Origin: a bacterium
Lineage (GTDB): Bacteria; Zhuqueibacterota; Zhuqueibacteria; Residuimicrobiales; Krinioviventaceae
Assembly (NCBI GenBank): GCA_963675755.2
Contig: CAXXMD010000003.1
Location: 1,184,001-1,248,000 of the forward strand
DNA: 64,000 bases
Reading direction: 5' to 3'
Every line of letters begins with the position of its first letter. The stretch's first letter is position 1. The translations under genes and the position numbers were made by a program. Positions 19,905 to 31,000 of this stretch are shown here, one piece after another. The notes beneath the pieces are model-generated. The model was not told the origin of the DNA, made no database searches, and saw only the letters and a program-made list of their open reading frames with translations.

Positions 19905-19956
19905 GATTAATTCTCCTTGAAATTAATTTCTAAACAACTCTATTAAAAAATAGGGT

Positions 19957-20724
19957 TTATTCTTCTACTTTACCTGTCTCTTCTGCTTTGGCGTATTCTT
20001 TTTCCGAAGCTTCCGATTCAGCTATTGCCTGCTGTTCTTGTTGACCAGCTTTGCCTTCAATAATAGCATCAACTATTGTATGGGTAACCAGGTTGATGGA
20101 CTTGAACGCGTCATCATTACAGGGAATGGGAAAATCGATGGGATCAGGGTCTGTGTTGGTATCGATAATAGCAAATACCGGTATTCCCAGCTTGATAGCT
20201 TCTTTTAATGCAATACTCTCTTTTTTAGCGTCTACAATAAACATTGCAACGGGAAGATGGTTCATTTCACGAATACCACCTAAAACAGTATTGAGTTTTT
20301 CTTTTTCGCGTTCAATTGACAAAATTTCTTTTTTAGCAAGTTTGTCATAGGTACCATCAATGGCTTTTTTCTCAAGGTTTTTTAAGCGTTTTACGCTCTT
20401 TTTGATGGTAATGAAATTGGTAAGGGTTCCACCTAACCAACGTTCAGTAACATAAGGCATGTTACAACGTTCGGCTTCCAACTTTATAATATCTTTTGCT
20501 TGTTTTTTGGTTCCAACCAACAAGACTTCTCCGCCTTTGCTCACAATATCTTTGAGCTCATCACAGGCAGTCTCTAGCATTGCCAGAGATTTTTTCAAAT
20601 CGATTATATGAATGCCATTCCGTTCCATAAAAATGAATTGCTTCATTTTCGGATTCCAACGGCGGGTCAAATGCCCAAAATGACATCCTGCTAACAGCAG
20701 GTCTTGTATTTGCACTTTAGCCAT
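19957..20724 (-). CDS. rpsB: 30S ribosomal protein S2
   Basis: GCHFGHLTRRWNPKM, RWLGGTLTN, DTNTDPD, PCNDDA. Confidence 0.98.
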   Translation of the reverse strand: MAKVQIQDLLLAGCHFGHLTRRWNPKMKQFIFMERNGIHIIDLKKSLAMLETACDELKDIVSKGGEVLLVGTKKQAKDIIKLEAERCNMPYVTERWLGGTLTNFITIKKSVKRLKNLEKKAIDGTYDKLAKKEILSIEREKEKLNTVLGGIREMNHLPVAMFIVDAKKESIALKEAIKLGIPVFAIIDTNTDPDPIDFPIPCNDDAFKSINLVTHTIVDAIIEGKAGQQEQQAIAESEASEKEYAKAEETGKVEE

Positions 20725-20742
20725 AATTTAACACCTCTCTTT

Positions 20743-20810
20743 TGGGGTTTCTTCCTCCATTTTCCCATTGTGCATCGGTATATAACACCCCAATTGGGAA
20801 AATGTGTGTG
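20743..20810 (-). ncRNA. rpsB leader (t44/S2 autoregulatory RNA-like)
   Basis: Minus strand reads CACACAC-ATTTTCCCAATT-GGGGTG...CAATGGGAAAAT-GGAGGAAGAAACCCC, containing the CACAC, GGGU, GGAGG and AACCCC elements plus a long stem. Confidence 0.75.
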
Positions 20811-20819
20811 ATATAAAGA

Positions 20820-21212
20820 TTAACGTTTTGAGAACTGGAAGCGTTTTCTTGCGCCCGGTTGTCCGTATTTCTTACGTTCAACCATTCTCGGATCACGTGT
20901 CAGAAAACCATGACGACGTAAAGGAGAACGTAAATCTTCATTAGTTTTAACAAGTGCACGTGCAATGCCTAACAACAAAGCTCCTGCCTGGCCGCTTAAT
21001 CCGCCGCCATTCACAAAGGCTTTAATGTCATATTTGCCCAAATTTTCCGTAACTTCGAGGGGTTGTTCTACGATCATGCGCAAGGTATCCCGTTTCACAT
21101 AATCCATCAACTCGCGATTGTTAACGGTAAATTTTCCGCTTCCCGGTGTAAGATATACACGTGCAATGGCATTTTTTCTTCTACCGGTTGCGTAATAATA
21201 GTTTTCTTTCAT
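20820..21212 (-). CDS. rpsI: 30S ribosomal protein S9
   Basis: [36 protein letters not shown]...QFSKR. Start ATG 21212 with AGGAG SD. Confidence 0.98.
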   Translation of the reverse strand: MKENYYYATGRRKNAIARVYLTPGSGKFTVNNRELMDYVKRDTLRMIVEQPLEVTENLGKYDIKAFVNGGGLSGQAGALLLGIARALVKTNEDLRSPLRRHGFLTRDPRMVERKKYGQPGARKRFQFSKR

Positions 21213-21246
21213 TATTGCTCCTAAAAATCCGATCGTTTTGGTAATT

Positions 21247-21675
21247 TTACAAAGACATTGGTTCCGGAGTTTGTGCCTGATGCGGATGCTCTGCATCTGC
21301 ATAAATTTTCAGCTTTTTCAACATTTGGCGGCCCAAACGGTTATGCGGAAGCATACCGCGAACAGCTTCATGTAAAACAAACTCTGGTTTCTTTTGCATC
21401 ATGGTCTGATAAGGAGTTTCTTTCAAACCACCTGGATATCCGGAATGACGATAATACAGTTTTTGTTCTGCTTTTCTTCCGGTTACCCGTATTTTGTCAG
21501 CATTTACGATTACCACAAAATCACCAACATCCATATGTGGTGCCCAAATGGGTTTGTGCTTACCGCGTAATACATTTGCCACTTTACTGGCAACACGTCC
21601 TAATACGAGCCCCTCCGCATCAATGACGTACCATTTTCGATCTATGTCCCCCGGCTTTGGTGAATAGGTCTTCAA
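21247..21675 (-). CDS. rplM: 50S ribosomal protein L13
   Basis: [37 protein letters not shown]. Start TTG 21675 with GGGAGA SD. Confidence 0.97.
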   Translation of the reverse strand: MKTYSPKPGDIDRKWYVIDAEGLVLGRVASKVANVLRGKHKPIWAPHMDVGDFVVIVNADKIRVTGRKAEQKLYYRHSGYPGGLKETPYQTMMQKKPEFVLHEAVRGMLPHNRLGRQMLKKLKIYADAEHPHQAQTPEPMSL

Positions 21676-21791
21676 CGTTAAATCTCCCATTTTAATTGTT
21701 ACACAGACGAAGAAGTTACACAAAAAAAAATAAATATGCAAGAAAAATCAAAACAAGACAGGTGTGGAAGTGCTTTTAAGGCAGTATTTTT

Positions 21792-23081
21792 TCAAAAATT
21801 TGCTACTTTTCCCTTGTTTACAACACATTTTACCACTCCCTTTAGCGTTTGACCGTCCAGAGGGGTGTTTTGCGCCAGAGAATTGAGCGATTCCCGCTTG
21901 ATGGTCCGTTCTCCATCAAGATCCAGAACCGTCAAATTTGCTTTGCTTCCGGCTTTGATTACTGCTTGTTCAATTTTTAAAATTTTTCGGGGCTGAACCG
22001 TCAAAGCATGTAATGCCTGCTGCAGGGTCAGCAATCCCGGTTTTACAAGATGGGTTATCAATAAACTCAAATGCGTTTCCAAGCCAATCATACCAAAAGG
22101 TGCCGCGTCAAACTCTACATCTATCTCTTCCAGTGCAAAAGGAGAGTGATCTGTTACTATAGCATCAATAGTACCATCGGCAACTCCGGCAATCAAAGCC
22201 TTAACATCATCGGGTCTACGCATAGGTGGATTCACCTTTAGGTTCGAATCAAATGTAGCCAGGTCTTCATCCGAATATACCAGGTTATGTGCGGTAACAT
22301 CGCAGGTAATATCCAACCCTGCCTCTTTTGCCTGTCTAACCATATCCACTGAAACCGCGGTACTGACCTTTGTTAGATGTACTCGTGCGCCTGTTAATTC
22401 AGCCAGTCGGATATCCCGCGACACCAAAATCTCTTCTGCCGCATTGGGCATGGGAAGAAATCCCAAACGGGTAGACATGATACTTTCATTTATTTGACCA
22501 CGATGCGTCAACCCGGTATCTTCACAATGGTCCATGACCGGCATGTCAAACATGCTTGCATACTCCATAGCCCTGCGCATTACCGCTGAATTCAAGACAG
22601 GATGCTCATCATCAGACACAGCCACAGCGCCAGCCCGTTTGAGCTCTGCCATCTCTGTTATCTCTACACCCTGACGTTTTTTAGTAATCGCAGCTATGGG
22701 ATACACCTCAACAAGTTCGTCTTTAACCTGCTTTTTAATAAATTCTACAATCTGCTGCTTATCACAAACAGGGTCAGTATCAGCCATGGAACAGACTTCA
22801 GTAAAACCTCCCGCCATAGCAGCCGCACAAGCGCTGACCAGGGTTTCGCGGTCTTCATGACCAGGTTCACGCAGGTGCGCGTGCATATCGATTAATCCGG
22901 GAGTAATTAAACACCCCTCCGCAGATACAAGCTCACCTTTAAAACCAGAACTGTCAAACTTGCCGATTTCTTTAATAACACCATCTATAATTAACACATC
23001 TGCTTTATCACTTTTACCGGTAACCGGATCAAAAACCGATCCGCCAGCTATTAATACCTGTTTTGCTTTATTAATCAACAC
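21792..23081 (-). CDS. pyrC: Dihydroorotase family protein (type I), possibly an inactive PyrC'
   Basis: PGLIDMHAHLREPG, HCED, KVNPP, TDHSP, located downstream of pyrB. Several active-site substitutions (see findings). Confidence 0.85.
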   Translation of the reverse strand: MLINKAKQVLIAGGSVFDPVTGKSDKADVLIIDGVIKEIGKFDSSGFKGELVSAEGCLITPGLIDMHAHLREPGHEDRETLVSACAAAMAGGFTEVCSMADTDPVCDKQQIVEFIKKQVKDELVEVYPIAAITKKRQGVEITEMAELKRAGAVAVSDDEHPVLNSAVMRRAMEYASMFDMPVMDHCEDTGLTHRGQINESIMSTRLGFLPMPNAAEEILVSRDIRLAELTGARVHLTKVSTAVSVDMVRQAKEAGLDITCDVTAHNLVYSDEDLATFDSNLKVNPPMRRPDDVKALIAGVADGTIDAIVTDHSPFALEEIDVEFDAAPFGMIGLETHLSLLITHLVKPGLLTLQQALHALTVQPRKILKIEQAVIKAGSKANLTVLDLDGERTIKRESLNSLAQNTPLDGQTLKGVVKCVVNKGKVANF

Positions 23082-23089
23082 ATGATCCT

Positions 23090-24025
23090 TTAATTTATAG
23101 GCGATGTTTCAACACCACTGAGCAGCAGCAATACCGCCATTCGAACAGCTACTCCATTGGTTACCTGTTGCAGTATCAATGAAAAATCGGAATCTGCTAC
23201 ATCACTGTCTAATTCCACTCCCCGATTAATGGGGCCCGGGTGCATAATTGTTATATCTTTGTTCGCTTTTTCAAGACGTTTTCGGGTAACGCCAAACTCG
23301 GAATGATATTCCCGTATAGAGGGAAACAGTCCTGCATCCTGCCGTTCCAGTTGAATCCTCAACACATTCAGCGCGTCAGCCCATTCGATAGCCTCATCAA
23401 TATTATAAGAGACGGTAACACCCAGATCTTCAATGCTGTTCGGGATCAGGGTTTTGGGTCCGCAGACCATAACCTCGGCACCCATGGCTTTGAGTCCAAA
23501 AATATTAGATGTTGCCACACGACCATGAGTAATATCTCCAACAATGGCAACCTTTAAGCCTTCAAGTGAGCCAAACTTTTCACGCAAAGACAACATGTCC
23601 AGCAGGGCCTGGGTTGGATGCTCATGCATGCCATCACCTGCATTAATAATTGCAGAATCTACACATTGTGTAAGGAACAACGGTACACCGGGTGTTGAAT
23701 GCCTTACAACAACCATATCTATATTCATGGCTTCAATATTACGAATAGTATCGCGCAGGGTTTCTCCCTTTTTAACAGAACTGGTAGAACTGGAGAAATT
23801 CACCGTATCCGCAGAGAGTCTTTTTTCTGCAAGTTCAAATGAAATACGTGTGCGGGTTGAAGGTTCATAAAAAAAATTGAGCACGGTTTTACCGCGTAAA
23901 GTAGGGACTTTGGGGATATCACGATTCAGGATTTCTTTGAATGATTCTGCCGTATCAAGTATTAGCTTAATATCTGCTTTTGGCACCCCTTCCAGTCCTA
24001 ATAAATGGGAAATGGACAACGACAT
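23090..24025 (-). CDS. pyrB: Aspartate carbamoyltransferase catalytic subunit
   Basis: FYEPSTRTRISFE, NAGDG.HEHPTQALLD, LRIQLER, MHPGPINRGVE. Confidence 0.97.
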   Translation of the reverse strand: MSLSISHLLGLEGVPKADIKLILDTAESFKEILNRDIPKVPTLRGKTVLNFFYEPSTRTRISFELAEKRLSADTVNFSSSTSSVKKGETLRDTIRNIEAMNIDMVVVRHSTPGVPLFLTQCVDSAIINAGDGMHEHPTQALLDMLSLREKFGSLEGLKVAIVGDITHGRVATSNIFGLKAMGAEVMVCGPKTLIPNSIEDLGVTVSYNIDEAIEWADALNVLRIQLERQDAGLFPSIREYHSEFGVTRKRLEKANKDITIMHPGPINRGVELDSDVADSDFSLILQQVTNGVAVRMAVLLLLSGVETSPIN

Positions 24026-24582
24026 TACACTTCCTCCTTTGGGGCCTCAACCAGGTATACACTGTCTTCGGTATCATCCTCTTTTAAACGCACTTGAATT
24101 TCTTCTCCAATAGATGTCAGTATCATCTTGCCGGTATAATCCGGTTGAATGGGCAATTCCCGGTGGCCCCTGTCAACCAAAACGGCGAGTTGAATGCTTG
24201 AGGGCCGTCCAAAATCCATCAACGCGTCTAGTGCCGCACGCGATGTTCTGCCGGTAAACATGACATCATCCACAAGCACAACCTGAACATCATTGATCTC
24301 AAACGGAATTCGGGTAACCTGCACTACCGGTTGTTTCATCCTCTTTCTAAAATCATCCCGATACAGGGTAATATCAAGAATACCCAGGGGTACCTTTTTT
24401 CCCTCAATTTCTTCAATTTTGTTTACCAGACGGGTGGCAATGGTTGCACCCCTGGTTTGAATACCAACGATTACAACATTATCAACACCCTTGTTCCGCT
24501 CAATGATCTCGTGAGCAAGACGAACAATAGTACGCTGTAATCCTTCTGCATCAATAACTTTTGCTTTAATTTTTGGATTCAT
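24025..24582 (-). CDS. pyrR: PyrR pyrimidine regulator / uracil phosphoribosyltransferase
   Basis: RLAHEIIERN, GIQTRG, LDITLYRDD, VLVDDVMFTGRT, DRGHRELPI. Confidence 0.96.
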   Translation of the reverse strand: MNPKIKAKVIDAEGLQRTIVRLAHEIIERNKGVDNVVIVGIQTRGATIATRLVNKIEEIEGKKVPLGILDITLYRDDFRKRMKQPVVQVTRIPFEINDVQVVLVDDVMFTGRTSRAALDALMDFGRPSSIQLAVLVDRGHRELPIQPDYTGKMILTSIGEEIQVRLKEDDTEDSVYLVEAPKEEV

Positions 24583-24602
24583 ATGTTCACACTTTAATAG
24601 AC

Positions 24603-24635
24603 AAAAAAATACCTCCAGCGATAATTCGTGAAGGC
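24603..24635 (-). terminator. Terminator/attenuator hairpin in the pyrR leader
   Basis: Minus strand GCCTTCA-CGAATTATCGC-TGGAGGT-ATTTTTTT, ending about 20 nt before the pyrR ATG. Confidence 0.65.
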
Positions 24636-24731
24636 CTTATTTAAGTAATTTATATTATAAATAATGTTCAACTTTTGCAAGATTTTTTTTATATTATCAG
24701 AACGAATTGCGACCATTACACAGGAGATATA

Positions 24732-25088
24732 ATGCCTTTCTATAAAAATATGTTCCATCCGGGAGAAGTTGTACTGATTTACTTTCATGACGAACCTTCT
24801 TTTTTTGCCAGAGTAGAAGACGTATCTCCTGATGTTAAAAAAGGATGGTGGCAAATGAAATTTCTGGTATTATCTATGCCATTGCAAACCGCAACCTGGA
24901 TATTGGATGATAACCAGATGCACGGCGCCAATTTTACCATGAATCAAAATCCGGTACGCATTGAACGCGTGGAAACACCTGAAGAAGATGAGCCGGCACC
25001 ATCCAAAGAAGAAAAATCAACTGAAAAAGACAAACCCAAATCTCAAAACGGTGGCCGTGTGGTTTCCATGTTTGACGACGTAGACTAG
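24732..25088 (+). CDS. Hypothetical protein (beta-rich domain with a charged, disordered tail)
   Basis: AGGAGA SD before ATG 24732. Sequence VVLIY...FARVE...TWIL...FTM looks like a real conserved protein. Confidence 0.75.
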   Translation: MPFYKNMFHPGEVVLIYFHDEPSFFARVEDVSPDVKKGWWQMKFLVLSMPLQTATWILDDNQMHGANFTMNQNPVRIERVETPEEDEPAPSKEEKSTEKDKPKSQNGGRVVSMFDDVD

Positions 25089-26773
25089 AAATTTGGCAAT
25101 GTTATATTTTCACCTTCATCGGGCCATCTTGATCGGATCTTGATTGTATCCGGGAAAATATAAAAACGTTCGGCAGCCTGATAAGGAAAAGCCCTTCCTT
25201 TGCTGTAAACATTATTATCATCTTCATCCCTGAATAGAGATAATACATAGGCCCCCGGCATCAGCTCCGTAAACCGGTAATCACCTTCTCCATCAATCCA
25301 CAATGTCTTTTCCGGTCCATTTATCATCTGCGCGGTTACCTGAAAACGACCGGTTGCCGATGTATCCGCATCCCGAACGGTTCCCGCAATTTCGCTCAAT
25401 GTATCAGGATTAATTGAATTAAACCGCTTTTGCATTAGAGTGTCTGCCAAAGGATTACCAAAATAATCTTTAACAGTTGAATCAACAGGCAATGTTACCC
25501 AATAAAAAGTTTCCGGATCCATGGGAACATCCGGTTCAAATTCTACGCTTGCACCATGCAGCCAGCTAAATGAGCCAGACAAGGTATCCCCCAGAGTATC
25601 TGCAACCACCAGGTTTTGCTCAACAGATTGCCGGTCCATTATTTCACTGAACAAAAGGGTTATGGTTGTATCTATCATTACATTCTTTGAACTGTCCGCC
25701 GGAATCATGCTGACATAATAAGGACCCGTTGTATCCGGGACTGTACTGCCCTTAAAATTCACATTTAATGTATCCGGCCCAAGTAAATGCCCGGCAAGGT
25801 CCATAGCGTGCTCAACCTTGACAAAATACATACTATCCGAAATCTGTTCCGAGGTAGTTAAATGCACCAAAAATGGAGTAGACGCATCGGGAAAGGCATC
25901 CAGAATTGTCAACGTATCAACAGGATTATAGAGTAGATAGTTACTCACGTTATACAAGCTGTCAGTTCTCATGTTTTCCGAAAACCGAATATCCACATGA
26001 TTTTGGTCCAGCGCTCCGGCACTGCGTAAAATAGGAGCAGTGGTATCTTCAAGCGCAATCCTGAAATCAAAACCATTAACAGAAGGAACCGCTTCTGACA
26101 AATCAATATCATTAAAACTAACGCCCAGCAAATCATACTCTGTATCATATTTATTGTTCATATCCCGGTCTTTGATTGCAAGCAAACGATAATGTCCAAA
26201 GGCCATGTATGACAGGTCATATTCACCGTCTTCACCTACCTGGGTAATATATAACGGAAAGTCAACAGATGGATTGGGTTCTGGAACTTCTTCCAAATCA
26301 TAAGCCCATATTTGAGTACCTTGTACCGGTGTTTTCCCGGATGCATAAACATTCCCACTGATAGAGGCAATATCCAACACCGGACCTGTGGAAAATGCAA
26401 GTGAATGCGAAGAGCGCATCTTGTTATTGCGCCGGTCCTGGGTCCCGGTTCCCACTGTTATTACATAGGTACGATTTTCAGCCAACGGTCCCGGAAAGGT
26501 GATAAATAACTGACGCCCTTTTTTCCATTTATATTGAATATTCTCGCCCGGAAACGGAGTAATGAATATAGATTCCTGGCAGGACTGCTGGTCTACCGCT
26601 TCACTAAACTCAATCATCACCCGGGTATCAACCGCAATTTGGGTTGTATCTGCTGGTGGATATGTGTTTAAAATCAAAGGTGGGCGCTTGTCCACAGGCC
26701 CACCAGGGGGATACCCCTGCTTTGCACAACCCGTAAATAAAATTATAAGCAAAAGTAGTTTAATATTTTTCAT
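25085..26773 (-). CDS. Lipoprotein with Ig-like (Big_5-type) domains
   Basis: Lipobox FTGC followed by AKQGYPPGGPVDKRPP, with repeated DTTAP/DTTGP...FSE Ig-like units. Confidence 0.85.
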   Translation of the reverse strand: MKNIKLLLLIILFTGCAKQGYPPGGPVDKRPPLILNTYPPADTTQIAVDTRVMIEFSEAVDQQSCQESIFITPFPGENIQYKWKKGRQLFITFPGPLAENRTYVITVGTGTQDRRNNKMRSSHSLAFSTGPVLDIASISGNVYASGKTPVQGTQIWAYDLEEVPEPNPSVDFPLYITQVGEDGEYDLSYMAFGHYRLLAIKDRDMNNKYDTEYDLLGVSFNDIDLSEAVPSVNGFDFRIALEDTTAPILRSAGALDQNHVDIRFSENMRTDSLYNVSNYLLYNPVDTLTILDAFPDASTPFLVHLTTSEQISDSMYFVKVEHAMDLAGHLLGPDTLNVNFKGSTVPDTTGPYYVSMIPADSSKNVMIDTTITLLFSEIMDRQSVEQNLVVADTLGDTLSGSFSWLHGASVEFEPDVPMDPETFYWVTLPVDSTVKDYFGNPLADTLMQKRFNSINPDTLSEIAGTVRDADTSATGRFQVTAQMINGPEKTLWIDGEGDYRFTELMPGAYVLSLFRDEDDNNVYSKGRAFPYQAAERFYIFPDTIKIRSRWPDEGENITLPNF

Positions 26774-26912
26774 GAACAAAATTATTGATAAAAAGCTGCA
26801 ATAACAAGATGTTTTTCATATATGATACAATTGGACACTAGAAATGTTTCATAAAATACACATATTGTAAACTATCATTCACAAGCAGCTTCGTAAGTTC
26901 TTAAAAAACAAC

Positions 26913-26948
26913 AGGCTTATTTTTTGCAGTTTCGGCCTGAAATTTGCT
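26913..26948 (+). promoter_or_regulatory. Two tandem sigma54-like motifs upstream of the 26987 gene
   Basis: AGGCTTATTTTTTGCA and CGGCCTGAAATTTGCT are both GG-N10-GC with TTGCW, 20 bp apart. Confidence 0.4.
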
Positions 26949-26986
26949 AATTAATTTTTGATGTAGTAGATCAAATTCATGGAAGT

Positions 26987-27916
26987 ATGATGAGAGCATA
27001 TAAACATATTATAATTTTCTTTTTCTTTATAACAGCTTCACTTGTTATTGCCAAAACTGAGGGAACCGGTTCTTCTACTATTATTTGGGACCCGGTAACT
27101 ACAGATATAAACGGTGACCCTGAAACCGGTACTATTTATTATTATATCTATTGCCAGGAAACCCTGTCTTATCCCCCATTGGAATCTGAAATTGTGGGCA
27201 CAACAACAAACGCGGCATTTGTACATTATGATGACCGCCTTTTGGATCCGCAAGTAACCCTCTATTATACAGTAACTGCTGTTGACGAATTTGGGAACGA
27301 ATCTCCCCTGGGTGAAGAACAAACTTTGCCGGTTGAGCTTTCTTCGTTAGAGTTGGAACTGCTTGAAGGTAAAGTTCAGATCGAATGGAATGTACACAGT
27401 GAACAGGATATGTTGGGATACAACGTACTACGTTCAGAGACCAAAGATGGTAGCTATGAAAAAATAAACACAACTATTATACAAAGCAGTAACAGTACAA
27501 CATTAAAAAAATACTCTTTTATCGATGAAAAACCGGAACTGTTTAAAACGTATTACTATAAACTATTATGCCTGAATATTGATGGCACCACACAAATATT
27601 TGGCCCACAGGAAATTCTGGTAGACAAAGGACTGCCCGAAACATTTCTAGTGGCTCAAAATTACCCCAACCCATTTAATCCTGTAACAACCATCATGTAT
27701 GCACTGCCAGAAGCTTCTCCGGTACATATTTCTATATTTAATCTGCAGGGTAAACATGTAGCCACCCTGGTAGATGCAGAAAAACCTGCGGGCACCCATG
27801 CAGTATCGTGGTCAGGACTTAATGATAATCATGTCAAAGTTGCATCGGGCGTTTATTTTTATAAAATGTCAGCTCCAGGATTTAAACAAGTCAAAAAGAT
27901 GATCATCACAAAATAA
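26987..27916 (+). CDS. Secreted protein with FN3-like domains and a T9SS-A/FlgD-Ig-like sorting domain
   Basis: Signal peptide, Y.VTAVD..GNES, LPVELSS, QNYPNPFNPVTTI...SGVYFYKM...KKMIITK. Confidence 0.85.
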   Translation: MMRAYKHIIIFFFFITASLVIAKTEGTGSSTIIWDPVTTDINGDPETGTIYYYIYCQETLSYPPLESEIVGTTTNAAFVHYDDRLLDPQVTLYYTVTAVDEFGNESPLGEEQTLPVELSSLELELLEGKVQIEWNVHSEQDMLGYNVLRSETKDGSYEKINTTIIQSSNSTTLKKYSFIDEKPELFKTYYYKLLCLNIDGTTQIFGPQEILVDKGLPETFLVAQNYPNPFNPVTTIMYALPEASPVHISIFNLQGKHVATLVDAEKPAGTHAVSWSGLNDNHVKVASGVYFYKMSAPGFKQVKKMIITK

Positions 27917-28045
27917 ATACCCAAAAATCACCACGGGGTCAGTAATTTGGTGTGAACTAACCTTTACAAAAAATAAAATCCTTGATTTTTAGCAAAACAA
28001 ACTGTACCATAAAGTTTAGTCTTTTTTGTATTATTATGATATCAG

Positions 28046-31000
28046 TTGATGAATATAACATTAGAAAATATTAAAGCTTACTCTAACGATTCTGTATACA
28101 AAAAAGGAGTGCGTCTATACAAGCAGAGTAAGGTAGAACTGCTTGAAACCGGGCTTGTACAATTCAAAGCAACCGTCGAAAATGATGAAACACATAACGT
28201 TCAGGTTGAACAAGAGAACGGAAAATTTTACTCTAGCTGTACATGTCCCAGTTGGGGAACCTGCGAGCATGTAATTGCCGCGCTACTAGAGGCAAAGACC
28301 TGGTACAATGAAAACCAGGAAAACCTTATACAACTACAATCGCAGCCACAATGGAAATCATTTTTTGATCAGGTAATAGAGTCTCAAATCTATTCTTTAC
28401 CCACCAGTGAAGACAATTCCATGCAAAAGTGGAAAATTGTCTTTATCATCCAGTTTGATAATGAGTCCTGGTCTTTAACCCCCCAAAAAGCGTATGTAAA
28501 AAAAGATGGCAGCATTGGTCGTTTTGCCAACATTGGTGAATTTGATCCAAACTCTAAAGAACTTTTATATGCTGAAAATGATCCCATTATCATATCGTAT
28601 CTACAAAAATTAGAGCAGCAGCAAAATTCGTTTTATAATTACAGATACTATGGTAATAATCACGACTATGACATTTCAAGCTTTCATTTTAAATATGGCA
28701 GCAAACTGGGTCCGCTTTTTGATTTTCTACAAAACAGCACCCTGCTATTGAAAACAAACGAAAACACTGATCCCATTGAATTTGGCAAAGCCTGTTCTAT
28801 AAATTTTGAATTTGAAAACATTAATGAACATTACAGCCTGAGTCCGGCTATCACTCGAGGACAAAAAACTGAAAAACTAAATCCCGAGTATCACATCCTG
28901 TCTGAACAACCGGTTTGGGTTATTAGAAAAAATAAAATTTACAAAATTGACAATCAGGAATATTCCGGCCTTTTGCTTCCCTTTACTAAAGATACTATTG
29001 ATTTGCAGATACCCAAAGCAGAGTTTCCGGATTTTCTGGAAAACATCTATCCACAATTGTCATTATTTTCTTCTATCCCCCTGCCAGACTCTGTACCGGT
29101 CAAGCATCAAAATTCTATCAGTCACTGTGTTTTAACTTTAAAAGAAACTGAAGATTATCTGGAAATCACCCCCACATTCAATTACGGGGGCCACTTGATT
29201 GATCCGAACGAATCTCAATTCAATATATTTCGGAAAGAAGATGAAATTGTAACACTCATCAGTCGGGATATAAAAAATGAAAACAGAATTCTTGAATCAC
29301 TGCTCAAATCCGGATTAAAAACCTCACCGCGTGGCCCATTCAGATTGATCAACTCTAAAGTTTTGAAATGGATGTTTAAAAACATCCCCCATTTACGCGA
29401 AAAGGGTTTTGTGCTTGATGGAATTGACGAGCTTGAAAATTTCAGAATCCGGACTGGCGAACCAAACGTACGCATGGCAGTAACCACAAAGATCGACTGG
29501 TTTGACCTGAATATCGAAATCGATATTGAAGGCGTTCCCCTGGCCCTTTCCGAACTGAGACGCGCTGTCAAGCAAAACAAAAAGTATGTAAGACTCAAAG
29601 ATAACAGCATAGCCAAGCTCCCTGAAGAATGGTTCCAGAAATTCAAACACCTGTTCAATTTCAGCCATTCAGATGATCAGGAAATACAGGTTGCAAAATA
29701 TCATGTAACCCTCATAGACTCTCTTTTTGAAGATGCCGAAGACAAAATAGTAGACGAAGAATATAATTTCAACCTCGAACGTCTTCAGGGCTTTAAAGGC
29801 ATTGAACAACAGGAATTACCAGCAAACTTGAACAGTGTTCTAAGGGATTATCAAAAAGCCGGTTTTGACTGGCTCTACTTTTTAAAAAAATATAATTTTG
29901 GCGGCTGCCTGGCCGATGATATGGGCCTTGGAAAAACCCTGCAAACCCTTTCGCTGTTGCTAAAAGAAAAAAAACTAGGCAACAAAAACCCCAGCTTGAT
30001 TGTTTGCCCCACATCAGTCGTGTTCAACTGGGAACAGGAAATTAAAAAATTTACCCCTGAACTGAATGTCATGGTGCATACCGGGAATTACCGCCAGAGA
30101 AACATTGACGGTTTTGAAGAATATGATATCATCTTGACCAGTTATGGCATTATGAGACGCGATGTCACCTTTCTCCGGGATTTAGATTTCCATTATATCG
30201 TACTGGATGAGTCACAAAAAATTAAAAATCCACAATCTCAAACCGCCAAAGCGGTTCGTATTTTAAACAGCAGATACAAACTGGTTCTTACCGGCACGCC
30301 GGTTGAAAACAATACCATCGAATTGTGGTCACAGTTCTCTTTTCTAAATCCGGGACTTTTGGGTCCATTACCCTACTTTAAGGCGTTCTTTACCAATCCC
30401 ATTGAAAAAAAGCAGGACACTGAAACAGCAGCTCTGCTGAAGCGGTTGATTTATCCATTCATACTCAGAAGAACCAAAGAAAATGTGGCACCAGAACTTC
30501 CTCCCAAAATAGAACAAACTGTCTTTTGCTCTATGAATCCTGAACAGCAGCAATTGTATCAGTATTGGAAAAACTATTATCGTTCAATGATTCTTGAAAA
30601 AATTGATACGGTTGGTATAGACAAAGCCCGCATGAACATTCTTGAAGGATTGGTCAAACTACGCCAAATTGCCTGTCATCCGCATTTAATTGATAACACA
30701 ATCAACGAAGACTCGGGTAAATTTGAATACCTGAAAGAATCCATTGAAGAGATCATTGCCGAAGACCACAAGATCCTGTTGTTTTCACAGTTTGTACGCA
30801 TGTTGAAATTGTTACAGGCGCACCTCGACGAGGTTGGCATTCCCTACGTTTATCTCGATGGCAACACCCGTAACAGGCAGGAATGTGTGGAACGCTTTCA
30901 AAATGACAAAAATATAAAGATCTTTTTAATCAGCCTCAAAGCCGGTGGAACCGGTCTCAACCTGACCGAAGCGGATTATGTTATCCATTATGATCCCTGG

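Noticed and set aside
21213-21302. N-terminal extensions of RpsI (and RplM, Frr, EIIA) in the ORF track
   Set aside because: Downstream starts with good SD sequences give canonical lengths. The extensions are longest-ORF artefacts.
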